A stretch of 32,000 nt of DNA from Alphaproteobacteria bacterium (GTDB lineage Bacteria; Pseudomonadota; Alphaproteobacteria; UBA9219; RGZA01). This document shows positions 7,997-17,197 of this stretch, one piece after another; the stretch's first letter is position 1, and every line of letters begins with the position of its first letter. Both the position numbers and the translations under genes were made by a program. The notes under the pieces are model-generated. The model did no database searches. It was not told the DNA's origin and saw only the letters and a list, made by a program, of their open reading frames with translations. Location of the stretch: assembly GCA_010031785.1 (NCBI GenBank), contig RGZA01000003.1, positions 599-32,598 on the forward strand. The letters are read 5' to 3'.

Positions 7997-9685
7997 TTAT
8001 GCCGTTAAGTGTATTTCAGGCAGGCGAATGATCAGTTGCGTGCCCTTATGCATTTCTGAGCGCAATTCGGCTTGGCCATTTAAACGCAAAACCGCCTGAT
8101 ACACCGCCGACATGCCTGCCCCGCGCCCTGACAGCATGCTGACTTCATCGCGCGTTGATACATCATGCGTTAGCAGATGCTGAATAATATGCTGGTCATC
8201 ATCAAAGCGCCAGTTCCCTTCCGGATCTGCGCTGGCTAGTTTTTGACGCACACGGTTCGGGTCAATCCCTGCGCCATCATCGGCGATGGTAATTTCAATC
8301 CACTTGCGTCCATTATCGATGATGGATTTCACAGAAATGGTTACCTGGCCATACGCATCCTTGCCCTTGGCCATACGCGTAATGGGCGATTCAATTCCAT
8401 GATCAATAATGTTGTGCACCACATGGGTGAATGACATCAGCAAATATTGTAACGGCTTGGCAGGCATGCGTAAGGCTTCACCTTTAAAGATAATCGGCTT
8501 GATTTTCTTTTCGAGTTTTTCCGCAATGGGCTGCATCTGGCGATCAAGCGATTTGAGCAAGGTAAAGAGCGGCACAGATAACAGGTTGCTCTGATAGGCA
8601 TAATAAATATGCGGTGCGACGTTATTCTGCTTAAGTAATTCACCAAACTGATAGAGCGATTCTTCATCCACTTCCACAATGCCCTGAATGCGCCCATCTT
8701 CGTCACCTAGGATAGGGCGTAAGGCCTTTTGAATACGGCCAAATTCCAGTTGAACATCGGCGCGGTGTTGCGCAAGCTTTTCCTGAACAGCGTCGGTAAT
8801 AACATGCACATCGCCAAGCTGTACATCGCGCAAAGTGCTTTCGAGTTCATGAAGCTTCTCACCAAGTGCTTCCATCTTGAAATGCATCGCTGCACCTTTG
8901 ATGGTATGAACGTCGCGGAAAAATTCTGCGCTGGCCAGGCTTGAATCCACACGCACCAGCCGGTCAATGATCAGTTTTATCTCGCTCAGGATCAGCATGA
9001 AGCTTTGCTTCTCTGCAAAGATCGAGCAGACCATCGCAACAAACTGGCGTTCACTATCCGCGCGCTTTTGCGCTTCTTTTTCTTGGGTTTTGTCGGTTGC
9101 AATTAACACAATACACAGCAGATGACCCTGCTTGTCGCGTACCGGACGGTAGGTAAGTTCTGCAATACGGCCATTATCCTGCACGAGTTGATCAGGAAGG
9201 AAGCGCGCCGCATCTTCAAAACTAAGCGCATGATCGGGCATAAACAAAATGCCCAGCCATTCATAAAAATCGGCATGATCGGCTGACGCAATTTTCAATA
9301 AATCGGTGATATTTTTTCCGGCAATGTCATCACAGTGCAAGAGCAGACGAGAAGCCTGCGAATAGGCCGGACCACAAATCCCCTTACTATCAAAGGTAAG
9401 AAACCCCTGCCCAAGGCTATTCATAAGCACATCACTAAGACGCGCATGCTCAAGCACAATTCTGTGCGCACGCACATTCATACGATAGAGATAGGCAATG
9501 CCAATGCACACCACCAGCGTAATTACCAATGCCACTTCACCAGAACGCATCGGATTAAAGCCATAGGCTGGCAACAACAATCCTACCATCAACAGCAATG
9601 CCATGAGTGACAGGCCGCCAAGTGTCGTATGGATAATTTCTACTTGCTTCAGAGTTTGCTGTGCAGAAGGTTTTGCAGTGCTCAT
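7997..9685 (-). CDS. Membrane-anchored CheA-like hybrid: two TM, PAS-like, Hpt and HATPase domains
   Basis: N-terminal TM pair (LSLMALLLMVGLLLPAYGF, VALVITLVVCIGIAYLY), PAS-like region, Hpt motif FFRDVHTIKGAAMHFKMEALGEKLHELE, N box HVVHNIIDHGIE, G box ITIADDGAGIDP and SGRGAGMSAV...KGTQLIIRLP. No C-terminal CheW/P5 domain is visible. Confidence 0.8.
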   Translation of the reverse strand: MSTAKPSAQQTLKQVEIIHTTLGGLSLMALLLMVGLLLPAYGFNPMRSGEVALVITLVVCIGIAYLYRMNVRAHRIVLEHARLSDVLMNSLGQGFLTFDSKGICGPAYSQASRLLLHCDDIAGKNITDLLKIASADHADFYEWLGILFMPDHALSFEDAARFLPDQLVQDNGRIAELTYRPVRDKQGHLLCIVLIATDKTQEKEAQKRADSERQFVAMVCSIFAEKQSFMLILSEIKLIIDRLVRVDSSLASAEFFRDVHTIKGAAMHFKMEALGEKLHELESTLRDVQLGDVHVITDAVQEKLAQHRADVQLEFGRIQKALRPILGDEDGRIQGIVEVDEESLYQFGELLKQNNVAPHIYYAYQSNLLSVPLFTLLKSLDRQMQPIAEKLEKKIKPIIFKGEALRMPAKPLQYLLMSFTHVVHNIIDHGIESPITRMAKGKDAYGQVTISVKSIIDNGRKWIEITIADDGAGIDPNRVRQKLASADPEGNWRFDDDQHIIQHLLTHDVSTRDEVSMLSGRGAGMSAVYQAVLRLNGQAELRSEMHKGTQLIIRLPEIHLTA

Positions 9686-10197
9686 TTCATGCTCCCATGA
9701 AGCGCGACATGAATTTGAAAGACACTGCCTTCAAGTTCAAAATGCATCAGCATGTAGCGGCCTTCATGCATCTGTGAAATAAAATGCCCGCCGCCCAATA
9801 TGACACTTGGCATACCAAAGCGCAGATGATGGCCGCGCTGGTTCAGCGCTGTCTTGATCTGCCCGAAAATCATATTGGTGATTTCGCCCACGGCATCCAT
9901 CGCCACATCCTGGGTGATTTCAATGCCATCGCCAAGCAAGCGTGGCAGAATTTTATTCATTACGGTGATATTGAAACAGGCGGTTAGCGTGCCTTCAAGT
10001 TTTTCCTGTATAAAGCCAACCACGCCGTATACATCGCCGGTTAAGCTTACCGATCCCTCGCCAATGACATAGCGGCCAGCTTTGACAGGAACATCAAAAG
10101 TTTTTCCAAAGGCCTCGCTGACTGCAAAGGTAAAATCCTGCGCAAGCTGATCACCCAGTGAAAGGGCAAGCGGTTTTGATGCAAGGGCGGCTGTCAT
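9682..10197 (-). CDS. CheX-like chemotaxis phosphatase domain protein
   Basis: 171 aa with a CheX/CheC-type E-x-x-N motif in DAVGEITNMIFGQIKTALNQRG, and ATGA overlap with the downstream kinase. Confidence 0.75.
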   Translation of the reverse strand: MTAALASKPLALSLGDQLAQDFTFAVSEAFGKTFDVPVKAGRYVIGEGSVSLTGDVYGVVGFIQEKLEGTLTACFNITVMNKILPRLLGDGIEITQDVAMDAVGEITNMIFGQIKTALNQRGHHLRFGMPSVILGGGHFISQMHEGRYMLMHFELEGSVFQIHVALHGSMK

Positions 10198-10204
10198 ATA
10201 AGGC

Positions 10205-10630
10205 CTATGTCTTTGCCATGCGGCGGTTTTTCAGCCAATCCATTACTTCACGGATTTTCTTGTTAAGCTCAATCGGCGCAATCGGCTTCAGGATATAGGA
10301 CGTTGCGCCCATCTTGATGGCCTTCATGATATTTTGTTTTTCAGATTCCGCAGTGAACATGACAATCGCGGTGTTCTGGTACTGCGGTTTGGTGCGGATA
10401 TAGGCCAGCACATCAATGCCCGACATTTGCGGCATATTCCAATCAAGGAAAATAATGTCATAGAGATTTTTATTGGCGAGCGACGTAGTGATCGCCTCGA
10501 CCGCTTCAGTGCCATCATTGGCAAGATCTATATTCTGAAACCCTGAATCAACAAGGGTGCGTTTTACAAATTGCCGGATGAGAAAATGATCATCCGCAAT
10601 TAATATTTTTGACTGTAGATCAAGCGACAC
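10205..10630 (-). CDS. CheY-like single-domain response regulator
   Basis: ILIADDHFLIR, phospho-Asp context DIIFLDWNMPQMSG, VMFTAESEKQN and SYILKPI: a complete receiver domain signature with no output domain. Confidence 0.92.
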   Translation of the reverse strand: MSLDLQSKILIADDHFLIRQFVKRTLVDSGFQNIDLANDGTEAVEAITTSLANKNLYDIIFLDWNMPQMSGIDVLAYIRTKPQYQNTAIVMFTAESEKQNIMKAIKMGATSYILKPIAPIELNKKIREVMDWLKNRRMAKT

Positions 10631-10701
10631 GGCAAACCATCCTCAACAGTAAATGATAGAAAATACATATAATTGAGCCATACTCTTGTGCCATGAAAGG
10701 A

Positions 10702-10730
10702 TTGACATGAGGTTAAGGATGGCTTTGTAT
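10702..10730 (+). promoter_or_regulatory. Candidate promoter for the MFS transporter gene
   Basis: TTGACA - 17 nt - TTGTAT about 54 nt upstream of the MFS start codon. Confidence 0.5.
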
Positions 10731-10783
10731 GAAAAACTTATTAATACTCAATCGTTTCTGCACTCTAATGAACCCGTGAAATC

Positions 10784-12013
10784 ATGCTTCAAGACTCCAG
10801 CAAAACATTAAGTCCATTTGTGATCATGACAATCCTGGTCACAACGCTTGGCTATTTTGTGGATGTGTATGACATATTTGTTTTCTCCGCCAGTCGAATG
10901 ACATCGCTGAAAGAAATTGGTGTTCCACCTGAGAAAATTATGGATAGCGGCATCTTCCTTCTCAACTTGCAAATGGTTGGCATGCTGATCGGTGGAGTAG
11001 TGTTTGGAATGGCAGGCGATAAATTGGGTCGCTCACGTGTCATGATGATTTCTATTTTGACCTACGCGCTTTCTACGCTTGCCAATGCTTTTGTTACAAA
11101 TATAGAAACATTTGCTGTGCTGCGTTTTCTTTCCGGCTTTGGTTTATCCGGAGAACTTGGGCTTGGCGCAACATTGATCTCGGAAATTTTATCCAAGGAA
11201 AAACGTGGCCTTGGCGTAGGCATCATGGTGTCCTTTGGCGTAACAGGCGCAGTAGTTGCAGGGATCATGGCGCAACTCTTTGATTGGCGCATATGCTATA
11301 TTATTGGCGGCGTGATGGGATTACTTCTGCTTGTTTTTCGCATGAAGATGATTGAATCCGGCATATTCAAAAACATCCCTGAACACGCAGAAAAAGGCAA
11401 TATTATGCTGCTTTTTAAAAGCCGCGAACGCTTCATGCGCTTCTTCTGGTGCGTGACCCTTGGGCTGCCTACATGGTTCGTGGTTGGAATTCTTATGACC
11501 TTTGCGCCAGAGATTTTGCCGAGCGCAAACCTTCCTGTTATCCCAACGGCTGTGTTGATGGTCTATTGCTATGGGGTAATGCCCCTTGGTGATCTCTCAA
11601 GCATTATACTGTGCCAGCTTTTCAAAAAACGTCAGCCAGTGATTGTATTGTTTATCATCCTGTCCATTATCGGGCCCCTTGCGATGTTATATCTGCCACG
11701 TCCCTTAAGCGAACTGGATGTAAAACTTCTTTTCTCCTTCACATGTTTTGGCGCAGGTGCGTGGGTGTTGATGTGCATGGTCTCGGCGGAAAGTTTTGGA
11801 ACGAACTTGCGCGCAACAGTTACAACCACAGTTCCTAATTTTGCCAGAGGATCTGTTATTCTGATGACGATGTTGTTGAGTGCATTAAAAGCACACATGC
11901 CCTTGCTCGATGCCGTGATGATTGTGGGCGCGGTTGCGTTTATTCTGCCGCTGATTGCGCTAACGCAATTGCCGGAAACCTTCGGCAGATCGCTTGAATA
12001 TCTTGAAAAGTAA
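10784..12013 (+). CDS. Major facilitator superfamily transporter
   Basis: 409 aa, about 12 hydrophobic segments, and the MFS loop 2-3 signature GMAGDKLGRSRVMM. Confidence 0.9.
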   Translation: MLQDSSKTLSPFVIMTILVTTLGYFVDVYDIFVFSASRMTSLKEIGVPPEKIMDSGIFLLNLQMVGMLIGGVVFGMAGDKLGRSRVMMISILTYALSTLANAFVTNIETFAVLRFLSGFGLSGELGLGATLISEILSKEKRGLGVGIMVSFGVTGAVVAGIMAQLFDWRICYIIGGVMGLLLLVFRMKMIESGIFKNIPEHAEKGNIMLLFKSRERFMRFFWCVTLGLPTWFVVGILMTFAPEILPSANLPVIPTAVLMVYCYGVMPLGDLSSIILCQLFKKRQPVIVLFIILSIIGPLAMLYLPRPLSELDVKLLFSFTCFGAGAWVLMCMVSAESFGTNLRATVTTTVPNFARGSVILMTMLLSALKAHMPLLDAVMIVGAVAFILPLIALTQLPETFGRSLEYLEK

Positions 12014-12103
12014 GCTTGCGCTGCGCGCATGAGCCTGTGTGAGCTGCACTTCGTGCAAGAGTTTCTCACGGCCGAAGGCCGCCTCACCTTGCCTCACAAA
12101 GGC

Positions 12104-12769
12104 TTATATGAGATTCAAAACCTTTTTTATTTCCGCATGCACTGCGTCCATCTCACCCATGCCATCAACCTGCAGCAAAATACCCTGGTTACGGTAATAA
12201 GGAATAATCGGCGCAGTTTGCGCATGATAAGCCTGAAGCCGCGTTGTCATGGTTTCTGCATTATCATCCGGGCGGCGAATGAACTCATGGCCATGACATT
12301 TGTTGCATTCACCTGCTTTTTCAAGAGGCTTGAAACTGTCATGATAACCTTCACCGCATTTGGTGCAGGTAAAGCGACCCGATACACGCTCAACCAGCGC
12401 AGCATCATCAACCTTCATTTCCACAACAGCTTTTAATTTCAAATCTCGTTTTTGCAGCATGGCATCCAATGCCTGCGCTTGCGGAACTGTGCGCGGAAAA
12501 CCATCAAGGATAAATCCTTTTTTGGCTTCGGGCTTTTGCATCCATTCCTCGATCAGACGAATGATCAGATCATCCGGAACAAGCTTACCCGCATCCATAT
12601 AGGTTTTTGCTTCACGGCCCAATGCGGTGCCAGCTTTTACGGCCGCACGCAATACATCGCCGGTTGAAAGCTGGGTCATGCCATACTGTTCTTCAAGGCG
12701 ACGTGCTTGTGTTCCTTTACCAGCGCCAGGAGGGCCCAAAAGAATAATCGGTTCAGCAGCTGGATTCAT
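12104..12769 (-). CDS. adk: Adenylate kinase with Cys4 (zinc-type) LID domain
   Basis: PIILLGPPGAGKGTQARRL, LSTGDVLRAAV, GFILDGFPRTVPQA and LID motif CTKC-X16-CNKC. Confidence 0.97.
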   Translation of the reverse strand: MNPAAEPIILLGPPGAGKGTQARRLEEQYGMTQLSTGDVLRAAVKAGTALGREAKTYMDAGKLVPDDLIIRLIEEWMQKPEAKKGFILDGFPRTVPQAQALDAMLQKRDLKLKAVVEMKVDDAALVERVSGRFTCTKCGEGYHDSFKPLEKAGECNKCHGHEFIRRPDDNAETMTTRLQAYHAQTAPIIPYYRNQGILLQVDGMGEMDAVHAEIKKVLNLI

Positions 12770-14118
12770 TAACGGTCACGCTTTCCTTTAAGATTGGCCT
12801 TCTTGATCAGGCCTTCATATTGATGCGCCAAAAGTTGTGATTGAATACGTGCAACCGTATCCATCGTTACTGACACAACGATCAGTAAGCTGGTGCCACC
12901 AAAATAAAATGGGATGGAGAATTCTGCTGTCAGGAATTCTGGCAGCAAGCACACAATCGCCATATAGATTGCGCCAAGAACCGTAAGGCGCGTTAAGATA
13001 TGGTCAAGGTAATCAGCAGTATTATTACCCGGGCGAATACCCGGAATAAATCCACCATATTTCTTGAGATTATCCGCTGTATCCTTTGGATTAAACACAA
13101 CCGCTGTATAGAAAAAACTGAAGAAAATAATTAGCGCTGCATAAAGGAACATGAATAAAGGGCTACCATGACCCAGATGCTGTGAAATCCACTGCGCCCA
13201 AGGTGATGACGCATCAGCACCCAAAAAACCAATGGCAGTTAGTGGTAACAGCAACAGGGAGCTTGAGAAAATCGCCGGAATAACGCCCGATGAGTTGAGC
13301 TTTAATGGCAAATGGCTTGCTTCACCGCCATACACCTTATTGCCAACCTGACGTTTTGGATATTGTACCAGAACGCGGCGCTGCGCGCGTTCCATAAACA
13401 CAACAAAGAAAATCACCGCAAAAATCATCGCGATTAACAGGATGATTGTACCGGCTGAAAGTGCGCCCGTGCGACCCAGCTCCAATGCATTGGCAATTGA
13501 GAACGGAATGCCCGCAACAATGCTTGAGAAAATAATCAGCGAGGTGCCATTACCAATACCGCGACTGGTAATTTGTTCGCCAAGCCACATCAGGAACATC
13601 GTGCCTGCCGTCAAGGTAACGGTGGTGGTTAAACGGAAGAGTAATCCTGGCTCAATCACTGCTGGTCCTGATGGCCCCATCATATGTTCAAGGCCTGTTG
13701 CCAGCGCATAAGATTGTATAAGCGCAAGGAACACGGTCAGATAACGCGTATATTGGTTGAGCTTGCCACGGCCAGCTTCGCCTTCTTTCTTCATCGCTTC
13801 CAGTTGGGGAACAACGGCTGTCATCAACTGCACGATAATCGATGATGAAATGTAAGGCATGATGCTGAGCGCGAAAATGGTCATACGGCTCAGAGCACCG
13901 CCGGAGAAAATATCAACCATGCCAAGGACGCCGCGCGATTGCTGCTGGAAGAATTCTTCTAATACAACAGGATCAATGCCCGGCACGGGGATATAGGTGC
14001 CAAGGCGATATACAACCAACGCAAGCAAGGTAAAGATAATGCGTTGTTTAAGTTCGGTTGCCTTGCCAAAAGCTCCAAAATTAATGTTAGAGGCAAGTTG
14101 CTCTGCGGCGGAAGCCAT
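12769..14118 (-). CDS. secY: Preprotein translocase subunit SecY
   Basis: 449 aa: ALGIMPYISSSI-like LSIMPYISSSIIVQLMTAVVP, LGEQITSRGIGNGTSLIIF, GGEASHLPLKLNSSGVIPAIFSSSLL and a typical C-terminus. Confidence 0.97.
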   Translation of the reverse strand: MASAAEQLASNINFGAFGKATELKQRIIFTLLALVVYRLGTYIPVPGIDPVVLEEFFQQQSRGVLGMVDIFSGGALSRMTIFALSIMPYISSSIIVQLMTAVVPQLEAMKKEGEAGRGKLNQYTRYLTVFLALIQSYALATGLEHMMGPSGPAVIEPGLLFRLTTTVTLTAGTMFLMWLGEQITSRGIGNGTSLIIFSSIVAGIPFSIANALELGRTGALSAGTIILLIAMIFAVIFFVVFMERAQRRVLVQYPKRQVGNKVYGGEASHLPLKLNSSGVIPAIFSSSLLLLPLTAIGFLGADASSPWAQWISQHLGHGSPLFMFLYAALIIFFSFFYTAVVFNPKDTADNLKKYGGFIPGIRPGNNTADYLDHILTRLTVLGAIYMAIVCLLPEFLTAEFSIPFYFGGTSLLIVVSVTMDTVARIQSQLLAHQYEGLIKKANLKGKRDR

Positions 14119-14229
14119 GCGTGACCCTTAATTGAGAAAGAGATGATGAAAGAGACAGATAGGGTTTATCCTGAACGGATAAGAATTTCCAGTATTATCG
14201 ACCAGTAATCGAATAGTATTTAAAATGAA

Positions 14230-14261
14230 AATACCGGCTCCATATTATTTGGGCCGGTATT
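14230..14261 (-). terminator. Hairpin in the rplO-secY spacer (possible attenuator or terminator)
   Basis: 9-bp perfect stem AATACCGGC / GCCGGTATT, followed on the minus strand by TTCATTTTAAAT. Confidence 0.4.
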
Positions 14262-14320
14262 CCATAATCATTATGATTTTATTTTGCAGTGCAGTATTTG
14301 CTGGGCAGTAAGTGTGACGA

Positions 14321-14809
14321 TTAAGCCGCTGCTGCTTCTGCACCAACAATCGTCACTTTGCCGCCGAGCTTTTCAACCGCAGCAACAGCCGCAGCCGATG
14401 CGCGTGAAACACTGATGGTGATCTTGGTCTTGATCTCGCCCTTGGCAAGGAGGCTTACGCCGCCCTTTGCATTGGTCACAACACCCGAAAGGATCATCAT
14501 TTCTTCAGTGATGGTTTCTTTCGCATTCAAACGACCAGCATCCAGTGCTTCTTGCAGACGGCCAAGATTCATAACCGCATAGTGAATAGCATTTGGGTTA
14601 TTGAAACCACGCTTTGGCATACGGCGGTAAAGGGGCATCTGGCCACCTTCAAACGCTTTCAGACGTACGCCTGAACGTGCCTTTTGTCCCTTAACACCGC
14701 GACCCGACGTCTTGCCTTGTGCTGAGCCAATACCACGGCCAACAATCATTGGGCGTTTGCGTGCGCCTTCGTTATCACGAATTTCATTTAGTTTAATAGG
14801 CAGTTTCAT
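14321..14809 (-). CDS. rplO: 50S ribosomal protein L15
   Basis: KLNEIRDNEGARKRPMIVGRGIGSAQGKTSGRGVKGQKARSG...FEGGQMPLYRRMPKRGFNN. Confidence 0.98.
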   Translation of the reverse strand: MKLPIKLNEIRDNEGARKRPMIVGRGIGSAQGKTSGRGVKGQKARSGVRLKAFEGGQMPLYRRMPKRGFNNPNAIHYAVMNLGRLQEALDAGRLNAKETITEEMMILSGVVTNAKGGVSLLAKGEIKTKITISVSRASAAAVAAVEKLGGKVTIVGAEAAAA

Positions 14810-14812
14810 AGT

Positions 14813-15424
14813 TTACTCCTCTTTCGCGGATTCTTTTGATGCATCTGCATCAAGCTTGCCGCCATATTCTTTTTGCTTGCCAACAATATCGCTAACTTTT
14901 TTACCGCGACGGTTTGCAACCTGACGTGGGCTAACGGTATTTTTCAATGCTTCCAGCGTTGCCAAAATCATGTTGTGCGGGTTGGATGAACCAACCGACT
15001 TTGAAATCACGTCTTGTACGCCAAGCGCTTCGAATACGGCACGCATCGGGCCGCCGGAAATGATACCGGTACCAGGAGGCGCTGTACGCAATACAACTTT
15101 ACCTGCGCCGTAATGGCCATACACATCGTGATGGATGGTGCGGCCTTCACGCAATGGAATGCGCATCATGTTGCGCTTTGCGCCTTCGGTTGCTTTTTTA
15201 ACAGCATCAGGAACTTCGCGTGCCTTTGCGTGAGCAAAACCAATGCGACCTTTTTGATCGCCAACAACCATAAGTGCAGAGAAACCAAAACGCTTACCGC
15301 CTTTTACCACTTTGGCAACGCGGATAACGGCAACCAGTTTTTCAACAAACGGGTTTTCACCCTGATCGTTGTTGCGGTTGTCAGAACGTTTGTCGTCTTC
15401 TTGTTTTTTAGGACGTTGAGCCAT
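14813..15424 (-). CDS. rpsE: 30S ribosomal protein S5
   Basis: [53 protein letters not shown]...[32 protein letters not shown]. Confidence 0.98.
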   Translation of the reverse strand: MAQRPKKQEDDKRSDNRNNDQGENPFVEKLVAVIRVAKVVKGGKRFGFSALMVVGDQKGRIGFAHAKAREVPDAVKKATEGAKRNMMRIPLREGRTIHHDVYGHYGAGKVVLRTAPPGTGIISGGPMRAVFEALGVQDVISKSVGSSNPHNMILATLEALKNTVSPRQVANRRGKKVSDIVGKQKEYGGKLDADASKESAKEE

Positions 15425-15457
15425 ATTGTTTCCTATGTGTATTTCCTGTTGTTCTTA

Positions 15458-15829
15458 TTAGAATTCTAATCCGCCTTCGCGTGCACCTTCGGCCAATGCT
15501 TTTACACGGCCATGATACATATAACCTGAACGGTCAAACGCAACTTGCTTGATACCTTTTTTGATTGCGCGTTCTGCAAGCAATTTGCCAACAGCAACCG
15601 CAGCGTCTTTATTCGCAGTGCTCTTTAAGCCTTTGCGCAGATCCTTATCAAGGGTCGATGCCATCGCAATGGTTACGTCCTTGGTGTCATCAATGATCTG
15701 AGCAAACATATGTTTGCTGGAGCGGAAAATCGACAAGCGCAGACGGCCCTTACCGGTTTCGGTCAGGCGTGCAAGGCGCGTTCTAACGCGCTGCTTACGA
15801 CGGGCAAATTTGTCTTTGTTACTTAACAT
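15458..15829 (-). CDS. rplR: 50S ribosomal protein L18
   Basis: [22 protein letters not shown]...[43 protein letters not shown]. Confidence 0.98.
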   Translation of the reverse strand: MLSNKDKFARRKQRVRTRLARLTETGKGRLRLSIFRSSKHMFAQIIDDTKDVTIAMASTLDKDLRKGLKSTANKDAAVAVGKLLAERAIKKGIKQVAFDRSGYMYHGRVKALAEGAREGGLEF

Positions 15830-15887
15830 GGGTAGCTCCTACTTTACTCTTGCTTTGCGCTATGTTTTTTGCACAGCTGCTTAGGTA

Positions 15888-16421
15888 TTATTTTTTCTTG
15901 CCTTCTTTACGCTGAATCTTTTCGCCTTGATAGCGAATGCCCTTGCCCTTGTAAGGCTCAGGACGCTTATAGCCACGGATAACCGCTGCTACTTGTCCAA
16001 CATGTTGCTTATCAATACCAGTGATCGACAACAGGGTTGGCTTTTCAGCTTTAATCGTGATGCCTTCTGGAATTGGGAATTTCACTTCATGGCTGAAGCC
16101 GATGTTCAGGATCAGATCCTTGCCCTGAACGGCAGCCTTGAAACCAACGCCTTCGATTTCCAATATTTTCTTGAAACCAGCCGATACACCTTCAACCATG
16201 CTTGCAAGCAGATTGCGTGATGTCGCCCAAATCATACGGGTTTGGCGTGTTTCATCGCGTGGCTGTAACACCACCTTGCTATCTTCAAGCTTCACTTCAA
16301 CATCGCTATTAACAGTGATGTTGAGCGTGCCAAGCTTGCCTTTTACAGCAACCGCTTGTCCTTTGATTTCAACCGTCACACCGGACGGTAATACTACTGG
16401 TTTCTGACCTACGCGTGACAT
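15888..16421 (-). CDS. rplF: 50S ribosomal protein L6
   Basis: MSRVGQKPVVLPSGVTVEIKGQAVAVKGKLG...GVGFKAAVQGKDLILNIGFSHEV...PEPYKGKGIRYQGEKIQRKEGKKK. Confidence 0.98.
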   Translation of the reverse strand: MSRVGQKPVVLPSGVTVEIKGQAVAVKGKLGTLNITVNSDVEVKLEDSKVVLQPRDETRQTRMIWATSRNLLASMVEGVSAGFKKILEIEGVGFKAAVQGKDLILNIGFSHEVKFPIPEGITIKAEKPTLLSITGIDKQHVGQVAAVIRGYKRPEPYKGKGIRYQGEKIQRKEGKKK

Positions 16422-16456
16422 GTTACTTCCTCACTAATAGCCTTCTGGGCAAATCC

Positions 16457-16855
16457 TTAGAATACGCGGCAAAGAACTTCACCACCCACATGGGCAGCGC
16501 GAGCTTCATTATCCGACATCACACCTTGCGGCGTTGACAAAATGGAAATGCCAAGACCGTTATAAACGCGTGGCAAATCTTTAATACGTGCATAAACGCG
16601 GCGACCCGGTGTTGACACGCGGTCAATACGGCGGATAGCAGGTTGGCCTTCGTGATATTTCAATTCGATAATCAACGAGCTTTTACCATTGCCACGTTCT
16701 TCTTCGCTAAAGGTACGGATGTAGCCTTCACGTTGCAGAACTTCGAGTACGTGCTTACGGAATACGGAGTGAGGGCTTTCAACTGTTGCCAGTTTTGCCA
16801 TCTGTCCGTTACGTATGCGGGTGAGCATATCACCGATTGGATCTGTCATCGTCAT
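16457..16855 (-). CDS. rpsH: 30S ribosomal protein S8
   Basis: MTMTDPIGDMLTRIRNGQMAK...RVYARIKDLPRVYNGLGISILSTPQGVMSDNEARAAHVGGEVLCRVF. Confidence 0.98.
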   Translation of the reverse strand: MTMTDPIGDMLTRIRNGQMAKLATVESPHSVFRKHVLEVLQREGYIRTFSEEERGNGKSSLIIELKYHEGQPAIRRIDRVSTPGRRVYARIKDLPRVYNGLGISILSTPQGVMSDNEARAAHVGGEVLCRVF

Positions 16856-16873
16856 GATGCTTGCTTTCCTTCC

Positions 16874-17179
16874 TTACCAGCTGGACTTAACGCAACCAGG
16901 AATTCTTCCCATGGATGCTAAGTCGCGAAATTTAATACGGCACAATTTGAACTTGCGGTAATAGGCGCGTGGACGACCTGTTAGTTCGCAGCGATTGTGA
17001 ACACGTGTGCGGCTTGAATTACGTGGCATTTGTGCCAGCTTCAAGGTTGCAGCAAAGCGTTCTTCGATTGGCAATTCACGGTTTCCGCAAATAGCCTTAA
17101 GTGCCTTACGCTTTACAGCGCTGCCCTTTACCATGCGTTCACGTTTTTTGTTCCGTTCAATAGCACTTGTCTTGGCCAT
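16874..17179 (-). CDS. rpsN: 30S ribosomal protein S14
   Basis: [17 protein letters not shown]...[49 protein letters not shown]. Confidence 0.98.
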   Translation of the reverse strand: MAKTSAIERNKKRERMVKGSAVKRKALKAICGNRELPIEERFAATLKLAQMPRNSSRTRVHNRCELTGRPRAYYRKFKLCRIKFRDLASMGRIPGCVKSSW

Positions 17180-17197
17180 TCTTCTTACTCCTAAAGC

